Of a stretch of 64,000 bases of DNA, positions 12,988 to 27,500 are shown in pieces. The notes below the pieces were generated by a model. The model made no database searches. It saw only the letters and a list, made by a program, of their open reading frames with translations, and was not told the origin of the DNA. The stretch is taken from NCBI GenBank assembly GCA_964016885.1, contig OZ024742.1, positions 33,976,001-34,040,000 on the forward strand, given 5' to 3'. The stretch comes from Eledone cirrhosa (Eukaryota). Position 1 is the stretch's first letter; the number at the start of each line of letters is the position of its first letter. Made by a program: the position numbers and the translations under genes.

Positions 12988-13080
12988 TAATTGTCTCATG
13001 TTGTTTATTACATAACTAAAAAGCTCTGTAGTCTACATAGAGCACTCTCATTTTCTTTACCTTTCCTACGGAAACACTTA

Positions 13081-13163
<83 letters not shown>

Positions 13164-13347
13164 AGGTGCGTTTTTCAAACCCTTTTTTAATAATCTTACC
13201 AGGAAATGGCGTATTGACTGTTGTGGAAATACTATATATATATATGTATATATAGTGTATTTTGCAATACAATGTATACTTAATTAAAAGCATTTCGAAG
13301 ACCTTATGCTATTGTTTTAGAGTAGTGACAGACTCACTTACTTTAAT

Positions 13348-13438
13348 TTTCAGCAAACAGGGGAGATAAAGCTGACAGGGCCCTGTTTCGCATTTATTGA
13401 TGCTTATCAAAGCCAACTACTCCTCCTGTTTGCTGAAA
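13348..13438 (-). ncRNA. Type I hammerhead, U3-A8 variant (family B)
   Basis: ggct-TTGATAA-gcat/caataa/atgc-GAAA-cagggccctg-TC-agct. Distal helix ttcagcaaacagg/cctgtttgctgaa. Confidence 0.75.
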
Positions 13439-13463
13439 TCATGGATGTTTGGTTCTTATAGAA

Positions 13464-13552
13464 TTCAGCAAACAGGAGGAGTAGTTGGCTTTGATAAGCA
13501 TCAATAAATGCGAAACAAGGCCCTGTCAGCTTTATCTCCCCTGTTTGCTGAA
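13464..13552 (+). ncRNA. Type I hammerhead, U3-A8 variant (family B)
   Basis: TTGATAA at 13491-13497, stem II gcat/atgc, GAAAcaaggccctGTC, long stem I. Confidence 0.72.
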
Positions 13553-13688
13553 AATTAAAGTAAGTTTGTCTGTCACTACTCTAAAACAATAGCATAAGGT
13601 CTTCGAAATGCTTTTAATTAAGCTTACAGTGTATTGCAAAATACACTATATATACATTCATATATATATAGCTATTTCAGAGCACCAA

Positions 13689-13773
<85 letters not shown>

Positions 13774-13855
13774 GAAAAATAGAGTAAAATACTCCTATGA
13801 ATGGAAAAATGTTTCTTCGGTGTACACATAGGGTCATCAGACAAATCTTTATGTC

Positions 13856-14092
13856 TGTTGGCTCTGTGAATGGAGAAGACAAACTCCGTGTTAACAAAGA
13901 ATGTATGTATACCATAGTTTCTGCCCAATTTCTGCCTGCCGAATTCTAATCCCGATGTACTGGTCAACCCACGCTAATGATAATATTTGCATAAAATGAC
14001 ACGATGTGTGCGGTTTGATCTAAATCGGATCTATATGGCTGATTGTGAGGTGAACTAACTCACCACACAGCTGTGACGACTGCTTACTCAAA
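13856..14092 (-). mobile_element. Degraded SINE-like element
   Basis: Reverse strand begins gctgtgtggtgag with a decayed B-box-like segment. Weak resemblance only. Confidence 0.35.
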
Positions 14093-14212
14093 ATAGTTCA
14101 TAAATCTGCCTATGTAGAATTACAGCCTATTTGAGTAAGAAGTCATAGAAAGTCATTTCTTTATTTTCCTGTCATATCATCACCCATCCACCACCACAGC
14201 CACTACCACAAT

Positions 14213-14216
<4 letters not shown>

Positions 14217-14282
<66 letters not shown>

Positions 14283-14309
14283 GCTACTTCTACTACTACT
14301 ACTACTACC
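14217..14309. repeat. (CTA)n microsatellite
   Basis: Read directly. Confidence 0.95.
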
Positions 14310-14396
14310 ATTGTATATATACATATATATGTATACAAATATATTCACGTATGCATTAACATATTACCAATACTTTGTATATATACACACACACAC

Positions 14397-14430
<34 letters not shown>

Positions 14431-14557
14431 ACACAAGCACACACACATATATATGTATATGTATGTATATATATATACATATATACATATATACATATAT
14501 ATATATCTATATATATGTATATGTATATATACATATATATATGTGTATATATGTATA

Positions 14558-14625
<68 letters not shown>

Positions 14626-14659
14626 TACATATACATACGTGTGTGTTTGTGTGTATATA

Positions 14660-14690
<31 letters not shown>

Positions 14691-14761
14691 GTGTGTGTTT
14701 GTGTGTGTATATATATATATACACACAAACACACATACATATATATATATGTATATGTATA

Positions 14762-15574
<813 letters not shown>

Positions 15575-15614
15575 ATATATGCATATAGAGATAAATGCAT
15601 GTATGCACTAGCAT

Positions 15615-15669
15615 ACTACTACTACTGTTGCTGCTGCTGCTGCTGCTACTACTACTACTACTACTACTG

Positions 15670-15714
<45 letters not shown>

Positions 15715-15832
15715 ATACTACTACTACTACTACAACCATCACCACCACCACCACTACTGCTACTGCTGCTGCTGCCGCTACTACTACTACTACAACAACA
15801 ACTACTACTTCTACTACTACTACTACTACTAT

Positions 15833-15866
<34 letters not shown>

Positions 15867-15890
15867 GCTGCTGTTGCTGCTGCTGCTGCT

Positions 15891-15986
<96 letters not shown>
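15615..15986. repeat. Compound (CTA)n/(CTG)n/(CCA)n microsatellite
   Basis: Read directly. Confidence 0.95.
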
Positions 15987-16379
15987 TAGATAGATTTTTT
16001 TATCTCCGAGCATTATGAAGAATATTCTATATTTCAAAATCAATAGGAATTTATTGAAGAAAAAAAAGAGAAAAACCGCAAAAAAATGTGTTTAGAATAC
16101 AACACAAAGTCAAAACAACAACAACAAAATTAAGAAAGAAGCAGTTACCTTTTAGTTAGATTTTAGTGTTTAAAAAGGAGATAGTGTTGGGATAGATGTA
16201 TGGTGGAGCAGAGAAACTCAGTCGATAGCGCCTGGTAGTCTATGGACGAAACATATGAAGGTTGATATGCTGCTATATGCAACTATGAATATATATATAT
16301 ATATGTATACATATATATATATATAATTACATATATGTATATGTGTGTGTGTGTCTGTGTGTATATACAAGTATGAATT

Positions 16380-16411
<32 letters not shown>

Positions 16412-16437
16412 TATAATGGTGTGTGTGTGCTTATATG

Positions 16438-16499
<62 letters not shown>

Positions 16500-16592
16500 T
16501 CTATATGTTCTTGTATGTATCTATGTATGTAAGTATGCGTGTATGAGTAGACGTGAAACGAATCTGATGCCAGATACTTTACAAGGAATAGA

Positions 16593-16892
16593 AATCGATA
16601 TAATATCAACTATCATTCGAACAAGAAAGATTTATATCTGTGACTTGAAAGAAATATTGAGAACATATATAATAGGAATATATTCAATTTGCACTGCACC
16701 CCTCCTTGAAATTTAAGTGCCCACACTGTAAATGATGCTTCTTTATGCGTTGTAGCGTACACTGATATTTGCAGCTATCTAGGGGCCTATTTTTGTATAT
16801 AACCAAATCGAATATACACAGGCATACACAAACGTACATATATGTATGTACACATGTATACAAACATACATAAATACATTCATACATATGTA

Positions 16893-16897
<5 letters not shown>
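16593..16897 (+). repeat. ~300-bp segment duplicated in inverted orientation at 18919-19223
   Basis: Near-identical reverse complement. The ORF track gives near-identical 67-aa translations. Confidence 0.9.
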
Positions 16898-16975
<78 letters not shown>

Positions 16976-16998
16976 GTATGTATATATATATGTATATA

Positions 16999-17076
<78 letters not shown>

Positions 17077-17131
17077 TATACATATATATATACATATATA
17101 TATATATATTTATATATATATGTGTGTCATG

Positions 17132-17221
<90 letters not shown>

Positions 17222-17222
17222 A

Positions 17223-17253
<31 letters not shown>

Positions 17254-18089
17254 AGTTAAACAGAAATAACAACACAATCGGTACAATATATGGAAGAGGT
17301 ATATTAGGTTAACGCTTGATATAGCAGCTTCATCAGAAGAAAGAATGAGAAATAAGATATGGTTGAGGGGACGGGTGGGTTGCAATTGGAAAACATGTTT
17401 TTAGATAAAAATAACAGGTCCATTCATGTTGACTTCTTTTATACAATATATCTATAAATTAATAGATGTATATACATAGGGTTAACCCAGACTGCATCAA
17501 TGTGTGTATAAATATACACATTTTAAATATTTAAACATGTAAAAATGACAGAAATACGATTATCCAGTAAATTAAAATAAATCATAAACACTTTTATAGA
17601 TGTGTCTACAGCTTGGCTGATTCCCTGCTACCCACTCTGTATATATACAGATATAGCTTGGCGTACTTAATATATAACTTAACTACCAATACGAACTCTA
17701 ATTGTATACAAATAAATACTTCCTTTTCAGAGTATTTTTATAAGCAAATGGGTATATAAACCCATCAATTTTTGTCTTGTGGCTATTTATATATTATATG
17801 CATCCTCTGATGAAGACACTATAAGATCCAAAAATCGATTTGAAGTGATTATCATTTTTCTCGACTTTCGGAGGAGATCCTGTTTCCGGCATTAAAACAA
17901 TGAGCGGACATCCGAAACAAAAACATACCTGTTTTTAGTCCGCTTCCTTCCATCCAAAATTGCTTCGGAGATGTTACCTTTTACTCAATTTTGCTGTTTG
18001 AAGAAATCAAGATATCTATCGTCATGGAAATATGTATAACGGCTCAATTAATAAAAGACTCTAACATCTACAACTTCCCATTTTCCTCT

Positions 18090-18148
<59 letters not shown>

Positions 18149-18153
18149 TATAT

Positions 18154-18244
<91 letters not shown>

Positions 18245-18249
18245 TATAT

Positions 18250-18299
<50 letters not shown>

Positions 18300-18506
18300 C
18301 GTTTCTGAATTTGTTTAGCAAGATTCTTTATCTGAAAACGTGTGTTGAAACCGATATTGTTTTACTTTGGGAGGGTCATGTTGCCAATAAGAAACACACG
18401 CACCAGTGCTTTCACTTCAATTTATTATAATAAATTTATAAATTTAGGAATTTATAAATTTCGGGTTGGTTGGTTGGTTCCACAACCAGATGGTTGTTTA
18501 TATATT

Positions 18507-18549
18507 GTCAAAGTTCTTTCGTCACACCTTCTGTGACCTCTTCAGTGAC
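18507..18549 (-). ncRNA. Minimal type I hammerhead candidate
   Basis: Reverse complement of 18707-18749. Confidence 0.55.
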
Positions 18550-18706
18550 TGGGGATTCTTTTCTTTGTTTTTGTGCCTCTCCTTTGTTCTGTCCTACGCC
18601 ATCTTGTTTCTGTGTGTGTCACACAGAAACACACAGAAACACACAGAAACAAGATGGCGTAGGACAGAACAAAGGAGAGGCACAAAAACAAAGAAAAGAA
18701 TCCCCA

Positions 18707-18749
18707 GTCACTGAAGAGGTCACAGAAGGTGTGACGAAAGAACTTTGAC
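18707..18749 (+). ncRNA. Minimal type I hammerhead candidate
   Basis: gtca-CTGAAGA-g-gtcaca/gaagg/tgtgac-GAAA-gaac-TT-tgac. One extra nt after A9, CUU triplet. Confidence 0.55.
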
Positions 18750-18918
18750 AATATATAAACAACCATCTGGTTGAGGAACCAACCAACCAACCGGAAATTT
18801 ATAAATTCCAAAATTTATAAATTTATTATAATAAATTGAAGTGAAAGCAACTGGTGCGTGTGTTTCTTATTCGCAACATGACCCTCCCAAAGTATAACAA
18901 TATATATATATATATATA

Positions 18919-19223
18919 TATAGGTACATATGTATGAATGTATTTATGTATGTTTGTATACATGTATGCATACATATATGTACGTTTGTGTATGCCTGTG
19001 TATATTCGATTTGGTTATATACAAAAATAGGCCCCTAGATAGCTACAAATGTCAGTGTACGCTACAACGCATAAAGAAGCATCATTTACAGTGTGGGCAC
19101 TTAAATTTCAAGGAGGGGTGCAGTGCAAATTGAATATATTCCTATTATATATGTTCTCAATATTTCTTTCAAGTCACAGATATAAATCTTTCTTGTTCGA
19201 ATGATAGTTGATATTATATCGAT
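18919..19223 (-). repeat. Inverted copy of 16593-16897
   Basis: Direct comparison. Confidence 0.9.
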
Positions 19224-19499
19224 TATATATATATATATATATATATACAAATGGGATTCCCCGAAGAGTCTTTGGAGTAACGTTACTCGATAGGGTGCAA
19301 GATGAGCTGCTGATGTGTTGGTTGCGTGTACAGCTAATTTTGCGCTGTCGAATGATGGTGTGTGTATTTATGTGCCCCCCTCAACGCGTGTGCTTCAATA
19401 AGTGCCAGGTCTGTGTGTATATCTGGATGCTTGTGGGATCTGCTGGTGAAATTTGTGGGTAGTTGTGCTCATTAGTGAGTATGCGTTGTGTAGATCTAG

Positions 19500-20395
19500 G
19501 TGTTCTGACAAAACCGGCAACTTATAATTTGTCAACCCAGAAAGTCACAATTCCTAGATTAAGAACGACTTGATCTTCACCTACAGAGAATCTAACCATG
19601 AACCAGATGAATGATCGAACCTCACAACACAATAATTCCTTATTTTACCCTAAAGGACCATAAACCAGACTTCGATGGCAAACCTACTATCCAGCTTATA
19701 AAACCCGAGGAAATCAGATGTAGGGAGGATAAGTAAAAGCATCTTGAATAAAATCATAACCCAAAGTTAAGCATCAACCTTAGTTCAGCTTATGAAATAG
19801 TACACACGAAGTGGCCTCCTGGTTTCAAAGTATCACTGACAAAGCGAAAACTAATTCATCAGGTTTGACATCACGATTAATTTTGTCTCAATAACTAAAC
19901 CACATCTGGAGGCCTCAATAGATTACACTTGAAATATCACATCCATTAGTAATCAGGATATTGAATTAATTCTCCACGCCAAGAAGATGGTCCTGATTTT
20001 TAGAAACTCTTGGATAAAAACGGTCCGAGACTCACCCTTCGTTGTTAGTATGGGAGCAACCACCTCGGCGGAGGTTACAGACCGGATAGGCCTGCAAATA
20101 CTCCAGAAACTAATAGAAAGGTTTCCTGCTCTCGGAGCGGGCCTACATAAAGATAACTGGCTAGTAACTCTCTCCGGATATAACTCCAGTAGAACGGAAG
20201 GGTACACAAACATCTTATCATGTGCTTCCGGGAATTAGGGTTTAAGGTTACCTTACAAACATCCCTCACCTGTCATCTGTAACACCTTCTTGGATATCAC
20301 CCTAAATATGGAGAATCAACTACACCACCACTCCCGGAAACCCAATGAAAATCTACTTTACATCCATCGACACTAAAATGACCGAAGATCTATCA
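19500..20395 (+). pseudogene. Penelope-like element reverse transcriptase fragment (decayed)
   Basis: TLKDHKPDFDGKP, SDVGRISKSILNKI, FDI, FVVSMGATTSAEVTDRIGLQIL, GLHKDNWL (decayed YRDD), FLDITLNM, RKPNENLLYIH. Several frameshifts and stops. Confidence 0.8.
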
Positions 20396-20417
20396 TTTTG
20401 TATACATACATACATAC

Positions 20418-21027
20418 ATGGTGGCTGCCAACTCGTGTTCGAGTACGGCCACTACTTTATATCCATGTAGGAGAACCCCTACCGATTCGCTGAACGAGTA
20501 TGACTTTTTAGTCCAGCCAGCGACTTGAAAACTCGGGTACAAACACTACACTTGTGACAATTATTGACACATAGTTCTGGGACCATGGTACCATGTGACG
20601 GCAAGTGCAGAGAGATCTCCAGCTATAAAGCAATGCCTGTGCCGTGAAGCTTTTATAGTGAGCAAAGGCACTGCACAAAGCCAGTCCCACTCTCTTAACC
20701 AAGACGATATTTACCAAAAAGAAGAACAAGTCAACATCATTGGATACCATCAGGGTTGCAGGTGTTATATCAGAGTTTTCCTTCTCCTAGAATTCTGCCT
20801 TGACAAAGGCTAAGGGGTCATCTCTCCCAGTGATTTTGGATGGCCATTGACTCTTAAGAGCTCCTTTGCCCTTTGACAGGTTTTGTTTTTAGTCCTGCAG
20901 GATGTACAAAGTCACCCTCCTCACCAAGAAACCTTAGTGGGGTTGCCAGTTTAGTCGCCAACGACCCGACCATGAGACAGGTTGTACTGGGATACATGTT
21001 ACCAGTAGCACCAAGTGGTGACCTGAC
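20418..21027 (-). mobile_element. ~605-bp dispersed element, copy 2
   Basis: Reverse complement of 2492-3100, flanked by (TACA)n. Confidence 0.7.
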
Positions 21028-21068
21028 ATACATACATACATACATACATACATACATACATACATACA

Positions 21069-21102
<34 letters not shown>

Positions 21103-21133
21103 CATACATATATATATATGTTCAATTTCTAAT

Positions 21134-21176
<43 letters not shown>

Positions 21177-21181
<5 letters not shown>

Positions 21182-21451
21182 ATTAGAAATTGAATAACAC
21201 AAAATATAACTACTCCATTCCCAAAAGTTACTGGATCACAGACGATAATAACAGGCAGAGTGTTATAGATAAAATATCTTTTATCTATAACATCTCTGTC
21301 TGACGACCGATCCAGACGTATATTATTAACGTCTGTGATCCAGAAACCTTTGGAGTAGTAATATTTTGTGTTGTTCAATTTCTAATTAAATAGCTCTGTT
21401 CTATACATGGAGCACTCTTTATTCCTTTGCTTTCCCTTCGGAATTACCTAA
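21177..21451. mobile_element. Family A Penelope-like element with inverted partial repeat and damaged hammerhead
   Basis: 21177-21245 is inverted relative to 21329-21392. CTGACGA at 21300-21306, cagacgt/acgtctg stem, GAAACCTTTGG with the cleavage triplet deleted. Junction hairpin at 21261-21292. Confidence 0.65.
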
Positions 21452-21536
21452 AACACACACATATATATATAAGGAGTGTCTGTGGTGCTAAGGGCGAGAA
21501 GAGAAACGGTCAGAGTAGTACACGATGCATGGTAGC

Positions 21537-24500
21537 GTGCACAGTGGGTAGGTTAATGTTAATGAGGCAGGGACCCTGTGCACAGTGCACAGTCGGTAGG
21601 TTAATGTTAATGAGACAGGGACCCTGTGCACAGCGCACAGTCGGTAGGTTAATGTTAATGAGACAAGGACCCTGTGCACAGTCCACAGTGGGTAGGTTAA
21701 TGTTAATGAGACAGGGACCCTGTGCACAGTGCACAGTCGGTAGGTTAATGTTAATGAGACAAGGACCCTGTGCACAGTCCACAGTGGGTAGGTTAATGTT
21801 AATGAGACAGGGACCCTGTGCACAGTGCACAGTCGGTAGGTTAATGTTAATGAGACAGGGACCCTGTGCACAGTCCACAGAGTGTAGGTTAATGTTAATG
21901 AGACAGGGACCCTGTGCACAGTACTCAGTCGGTAGGTTAATGTTAATGAGGCAGGGACCGTGGGCACAATGCACAGTGGGTAGGTAAATGTTAATTAGAC
22001 AGGGACCTTGTGCACAGTGCAGAGGGGGTAGGTTAATGTTAATGAGACAGGGACCCTGTGCACAGTGCACAGTCGGTAGGTTAATGTTAATGAGACAGGG
22101 ACCCTGTGCACAGTCCACAGTGGGTAGGTTAATGTTAATGAGACAGGGACCCTGTGCACAGTGCACAGTCGGTAGGTTAATGTTAATGAGACAGGGACCC
22201 TGTGCACAGTCCACAGTGGGTAGGTTAATGTTAATGAGGCAGGGACCATGTGCACAGTGCACAGTCGGTAGGTTAATGTTAATGAGACAGGGACCCTGTG
22301 CACAGTGCACAGTCGGTAGGTTAATGTTAATGAGACAGGGACCCTGTGCACAGTGCACAGTGGGTAGGTTAATGTTAATTAGACAGGGACCATGTGCACA
22401 GTCCACAGTGGGTAGGTTAATGTTAATGAGACAGGGACCCTGTGCACAGTGCACAGTCGGTAGGTTAATGTTAATGAGACAGGGACCCTGTGCACAGTCC
22501 ACAGTGGTTAGGTTAATGTTAATGAGACAGGGACCCTGTGCACAGTGCACAGTCGGTAGGTTAATGTTAATGAGACAGGGACCCTGTGCACAGTGGACAG
22601 TCAGTAGGTTAATGTTAATGAGACAGGGACCATGTGCACAGTGCACAGTGGGTAGGTTAATGTTAATGAGGCAGGGACCATGTGCACAGTGCACAGTCGG
22701 TAGGTTAATGTTAATGAGACAGGGACCCTGTGCACAGTGCACAGTCGGTAGGTTAATGTTAATGAGACAGGGACCCTGAGCACAGTCCACAGTCGGCAGG
22801 TTAATGTTAATGAGACAGGGACCCTGTGCACATTGGACAGTCCGTAGGTTAATGTTAATGAGACAATGACCCTGTGCACAGCCCACAGTGGGTAGGTTAA
22901 TGTTAATGAGACAGGGACCCTGTGCACAGTGCACAGATTGTATGTTAATGTTAATGAGACAGGGACCCTGTGCACAGTGCACAGATTGTATGTTAATGTT
23001 AATGAGGCAGGGACCCTGTTCACAGTGCACAGTGGGTAGGTTAATGTTAATGAGACAGGGACCCTGTGCACAGTGGACAGTCAGTAGGTTAATGTTAATG
23101 AGACAGGGACCCTGTGCACAGTGCACAGTGGGTAGGTTAATGTTAATGAGACAGGGACCGTGGGCACAATGCACAGTGGGTAGGTTAATGTTAATGAGAC
23201 AAGGACCCTGTGCACAGTGCACAGTGGGTAGGTTAATGTTAATGAGACAGGGACCCTGTGCACAGTGCACAGTGGGTAGGTTAATGTTAATTAGACAGGG
23301 ACCATGTGCACAGTCCACAGTGGGTAGGTTAATGTTGATGAGGCAGGGACCCTGTGCACAGTCCACAGTCGGTAGGTTCATGTTAATGAGACAGGGACCC
23401 TGTGCACAGTGCACAGTCGGTAGGTTAATGTTAATGAGACAGGGACCCTGTGCACAGTGCACAGTGGGTAGGTTAATGTTAATGAGACAAGGACCCTGTG
23501 CACAGTGCACAGTCGGTAGGTTAATGTTAATGAGACAGGGACCCTGTGCACAGTCCACAGTCGGTAGGTTAATGTTAATGAGAGAGGGACCCTGTGCTCA
23601 GTGCACAGTGGGTAGGTTAATGTTAATGAGACAGGGACCCTGTGCACAGTGCACAGTGGGTAGGTTAATGTTAATGAGACAAGGACCCTGTGCACAGTGC
23701 ACAGTCGGTAGGTTAATATTAATGAGACAGGGACCCCGTGCACAGTGCACAGTGTGTAGGTTAATTTTAATGAGACAGGGACCCTCTGCACAGCCCACAG
23801 TGGGTAGGTTAATGTTAATGAGACAGGGACCCTCTGCACAGTCCACAGTGGGTAGGTTAATGTTAATGAGACAGGGACCCCGTGCACAGTGCACAGTCAG
23901 TAGGTTAATATTAATGAGACAGGGACCCCGTGCACAGTGCACAGTCGGTAGGTTAATATTAATGAGACAGGGACCCCGTGCACAGTGCACAGTGGGTAGG
24001 TTAATGTTAATGAGACAAGGACCCTGTGCACAGTCCACAGTCGGTAGGTTAATGTTAATGAGACAGGAACCCTGTGCACAGTGCACAGTCGGTAGGTTAA
24101 TGTTAATGAGACAGGGACCCTGTGCACAGCCCACAGTCGGTAGGTTAATGTTAATGAGACAGGAACCCTGTGCACAGTCCACAGTCGGTAGGTTAATGTT
24201 AATGAGACAGGGACCCTGTACACAGTGCACAGTCGGTAGGTTAATGTTAATGAGACAGGGACCCTGTACACAGTGCACAGTCGGTAGGTTAATGTTAATG
24301 AGACAGGGACCCTGTGCACAGTGCACAGTGTGTAGGTTAATTTTAATGAGATAGGGACCCTCTGCACAGCCCACAGTGGGTAGGTTAATGTTAATGAGAC
24401 AGGGACCCTGTGCACACTGCACAGTGGGTAGGTTAATGTTAATGAGACAAGGACCCTGTGCACAGTCCACAGTGGGTAGGTTAATGTTAATGAGACAGGG

Positions 24501-27500
24501 ACACCGTGCACAGTGCACAGTCGATAGGTTAATGTTAATGAGACAAGGACCCTGTGCACAGTCCACAGTGGGTAGGTTAATGTTAATGAGACAGGGACCC
24601 CGTGCACAGTCCACAGTCGGTAGGTTAATGTTAATGAGACAGGGACCCTGTGCACACTGCACAGTCGGTAGGTTAATGTCAATGAGACAAGGACCCTGTG
24701 CACAGTGCACAGTCGGTAGGTTAATGTTAATGAGACAGGGACCCCGTGTACAGTGCACAGTCGGTAGGTTAATGTTAATGAGACAGGGACCCTGTGCACA
24801 CTGCACAGTCGGTAGGTTAATGTCAATGAGACAAGGACCCTGTGCACAGTGCACAGTCGGTAGGTTAATGTTAATGAGACAGGGACCCCGTGCACAGTGC
24901 ACAGTCGGTAGGTTAATGTCAATGTGACAAGGACCCTGTGCACAGTGCACAGTCGGTAGGTTAATGTTAATGAGACAGGGACCCCGTGCACAGTGCACAG
25001 TCGGTAGGTTAATGTTAATGAGACAAGGACCCTGTGCACAGTCCACAGTTGGTAGGTTAATGTTAATGAGCCAGGGACCCTGTGCACACTGCACAGTCGG
25101 TAGGTTAATGTTAATGAGACAAGAACCCTGTGCACAGTGCACAGTCGGTAGGTTAATGTCAATGAGACAAGGACCCTGTGCACAGTGCACAGTCGGTAGG
25201 TTAATGTTAATGAGACAGGGACCCCGTGCACAGTGCACAATCGGTAGGTTAATGTTAATGAGACAAGGACCCTGTGCACAGTCCACAGTTAGTAGGTTAA
25301 TGTTAATGAGCCAGGGACCCTGTGCACACTGCACAGTCGGTAGGTTAATGTTAATGAGCCAGGGACCCTGTGCACAGTGCACAGTGGGTAGGTTAATGTT
25401 AATGAGACAGGGACCCTGTGCACAGTGCACAGTCGGTAGGTTAATGTTAATGAGACAAGGACCCTGTACACAGTCCACAGTCGGTAGGTTAATGTTAATG
25501 AGACAGGAACCCTGTGCACAGTCCACAGTGGGTAGGTTAATGTTAATGAGACAGGGACCCTGTGCACAGTGCACAGTCGGTAGGTTAATGTTAATGAGAC
25601 AGGGACCCTCTGCACAGTCCACAGTGGGTAGGTTAATGTTAATGAGACAGGAACCCTGTGCACAGTCCACAGTGGGTAGGTTAATGTTAATGAGACAGGG
25701 ACCCTGTGCACAGTGCACAGTGGGTAAGTTAATGTTAATGAGACAGGGACCCTGTGCACAGTGCACAGTCGGTAGGTTAATGTTAATGAGACAAGGACCC
25801 TGTACACAGTCCACAGTCGGTAGGTTAATGTTAATGAGACAGGGACCCCGTGCACAGTGCACAGTCGGTAGGTTAATGTTAATGAGACAGGGACCCTGTG
25901 CACAGTGCACAGTGGGTAGGTTAATGTTAATGAGACAGGGACCCTGTGCACAGTGCACAGTCGGTAGGTTAATGTTAATGAGACAAGGACCCTGTACACA
26001 GTCCACAGTCGGTAGGTTAATGTTAATGAGGCAGGGACCCTGTGCACAGTGCACAGTGGGTAGGTTAATGTTAATGAGACAGGGACCCTGTTCAAAGTGC
26101 ACAGTCAGTAGGTTAATGTTAATGAGGCAGGGACCCTGTGCACAGTCCACAGTCGTTAGGTTAATGTTGATGAGGCAAGTACCCTGTGCACAGTGCACAG
26201 TGGGTAGGTTAATTTTAATTAGACAGGGACCCTGTGCACAGTGCACAGTCGGTAGGTTAATGTTAATGAGATAGGGACCATGTGCACAGTGCACAGTGGG
26301 TAGGTTAATGTTAATGAGGTAGGGACCCTGTGCACAATCCACAGTCGGTAGGTTAATGTTGATGAGGCAGGGACCCTGTGCACAGTGCACAGTGGGTAGG
26401 TTAATGTTAATGAGACAGGGACCCTGTGCACAGTCCACAGTCGGTAGGTTAATGTTGATGAGGCAGGGACCCTGTGCACAGTCCACAGTCGGTAGGTTAA
26501 TGTTGATGAGGCAGGGACCCTGTTCACAGTGCACAGTGGGTAGGTTAATGTTAATGAGACAGGGACCCTGTGCACAGTGCACAGTCGGTAGGTTAATGTT
26601 AATGAGGCAGGGACCCATGAGCACAGTGCACAGTGGGTAGGTTAATGTTAATGAGACAGGGACCCTGTGCACAGTCCACAGTCGGTAGGTTAATGTTAAT
26701 GAGACAGGGCCATTGTGCACAGTGCACAGTGGGTAGGTTAATGTTAATGAGACAGGGACCCTGTGCACAGTCCACAGTCGGTAGGTTAATGTTGATGAGG
26801 CAGGGCCCCTGTGCACAGTGCACAGTGGGTAGGTTAATTTTAATGAGACAGGGACCCTGTGCACAGTGCACAGTCGGTAGGTTAATGTTAATGAGATAGG
26901 GCCATGTGCACAGTGCACAGTGCGTAGGTTAATGTTAATGAGGTAGGGACCCTGTGCACAATCCACAGTCGGTAGGTTAATGTTGATGAGGCAGGGACCC
27001 TGTGCACAGTCCACAGTGGGTAGGTTAATTTTAATGAGACAGGGACCCTGTGCACAGTGCACAGTCGGTAGGTTAATGTTAATGAGATAGGGCCATGTGC
27101 ACAGTGCACAGTGCGTAGGTTAATGTTAATGAGGCAGGGACCCTGTGCACAGTCAACAGTCGGTAGGTTAATGTTGATGAGGCAGGGACCCTGTGCACAG
27201 TGCACAGTGGGTAGGTTAATGTTAATGAGACAGGGACCCTGTGCACAGTCCACAGTCTGTAGGTTAATGTTGATGAGGCAGGGACCCTGTGCACAGTCCA
27301 CAGTCGGTAGGTTAATGTTGATGAGGCAGGGACCCTGTTCACAGTGCACAGTGGGTAGGTTAATGTTAATGAGACAGGGACCTTGTGCACAGTGCACAGT
27401 GGGTAGGTTAATGTTAATGAGACAGGGACCCTGTGCACAGTCCACAGTCGGTAGGTTAATGTTAATGAGACAGGGCCATTGTGCAGAGTGCACAGTGGGT

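Larger units (their letters stand above)
12667..13080. mobile_element. Family A Penelope-like element with inverted terminal repeats
   Basis: 12667-12775 is the reverse complement of 12910-13018. (TA)n on both sides. Confidence 0.7.
13160..13695. mobile_element. Family B Penelope-like fold-back element (arms ~13246-13437 and 13464-13656)
   Basis: ~190-bp near-identical inverted arms, ~26-nt spacer, (TA)n flanks. Confidence 0.75.
18354..18902. mobile_element. Large fold-back element, ~265-bp arms centred near 18630, family E
   Basis: Near-perfect palindrome next to (TA)n tracts. Each arm carries a minimal hammerhead. Confidence 0.75.

Noticed and set aside
17290-17345. Minus-strand CTGATGA (also plus strand at 17808, 289 and 845)
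   Set aside because: No properly placed GAAA, stem III or closing stem I.
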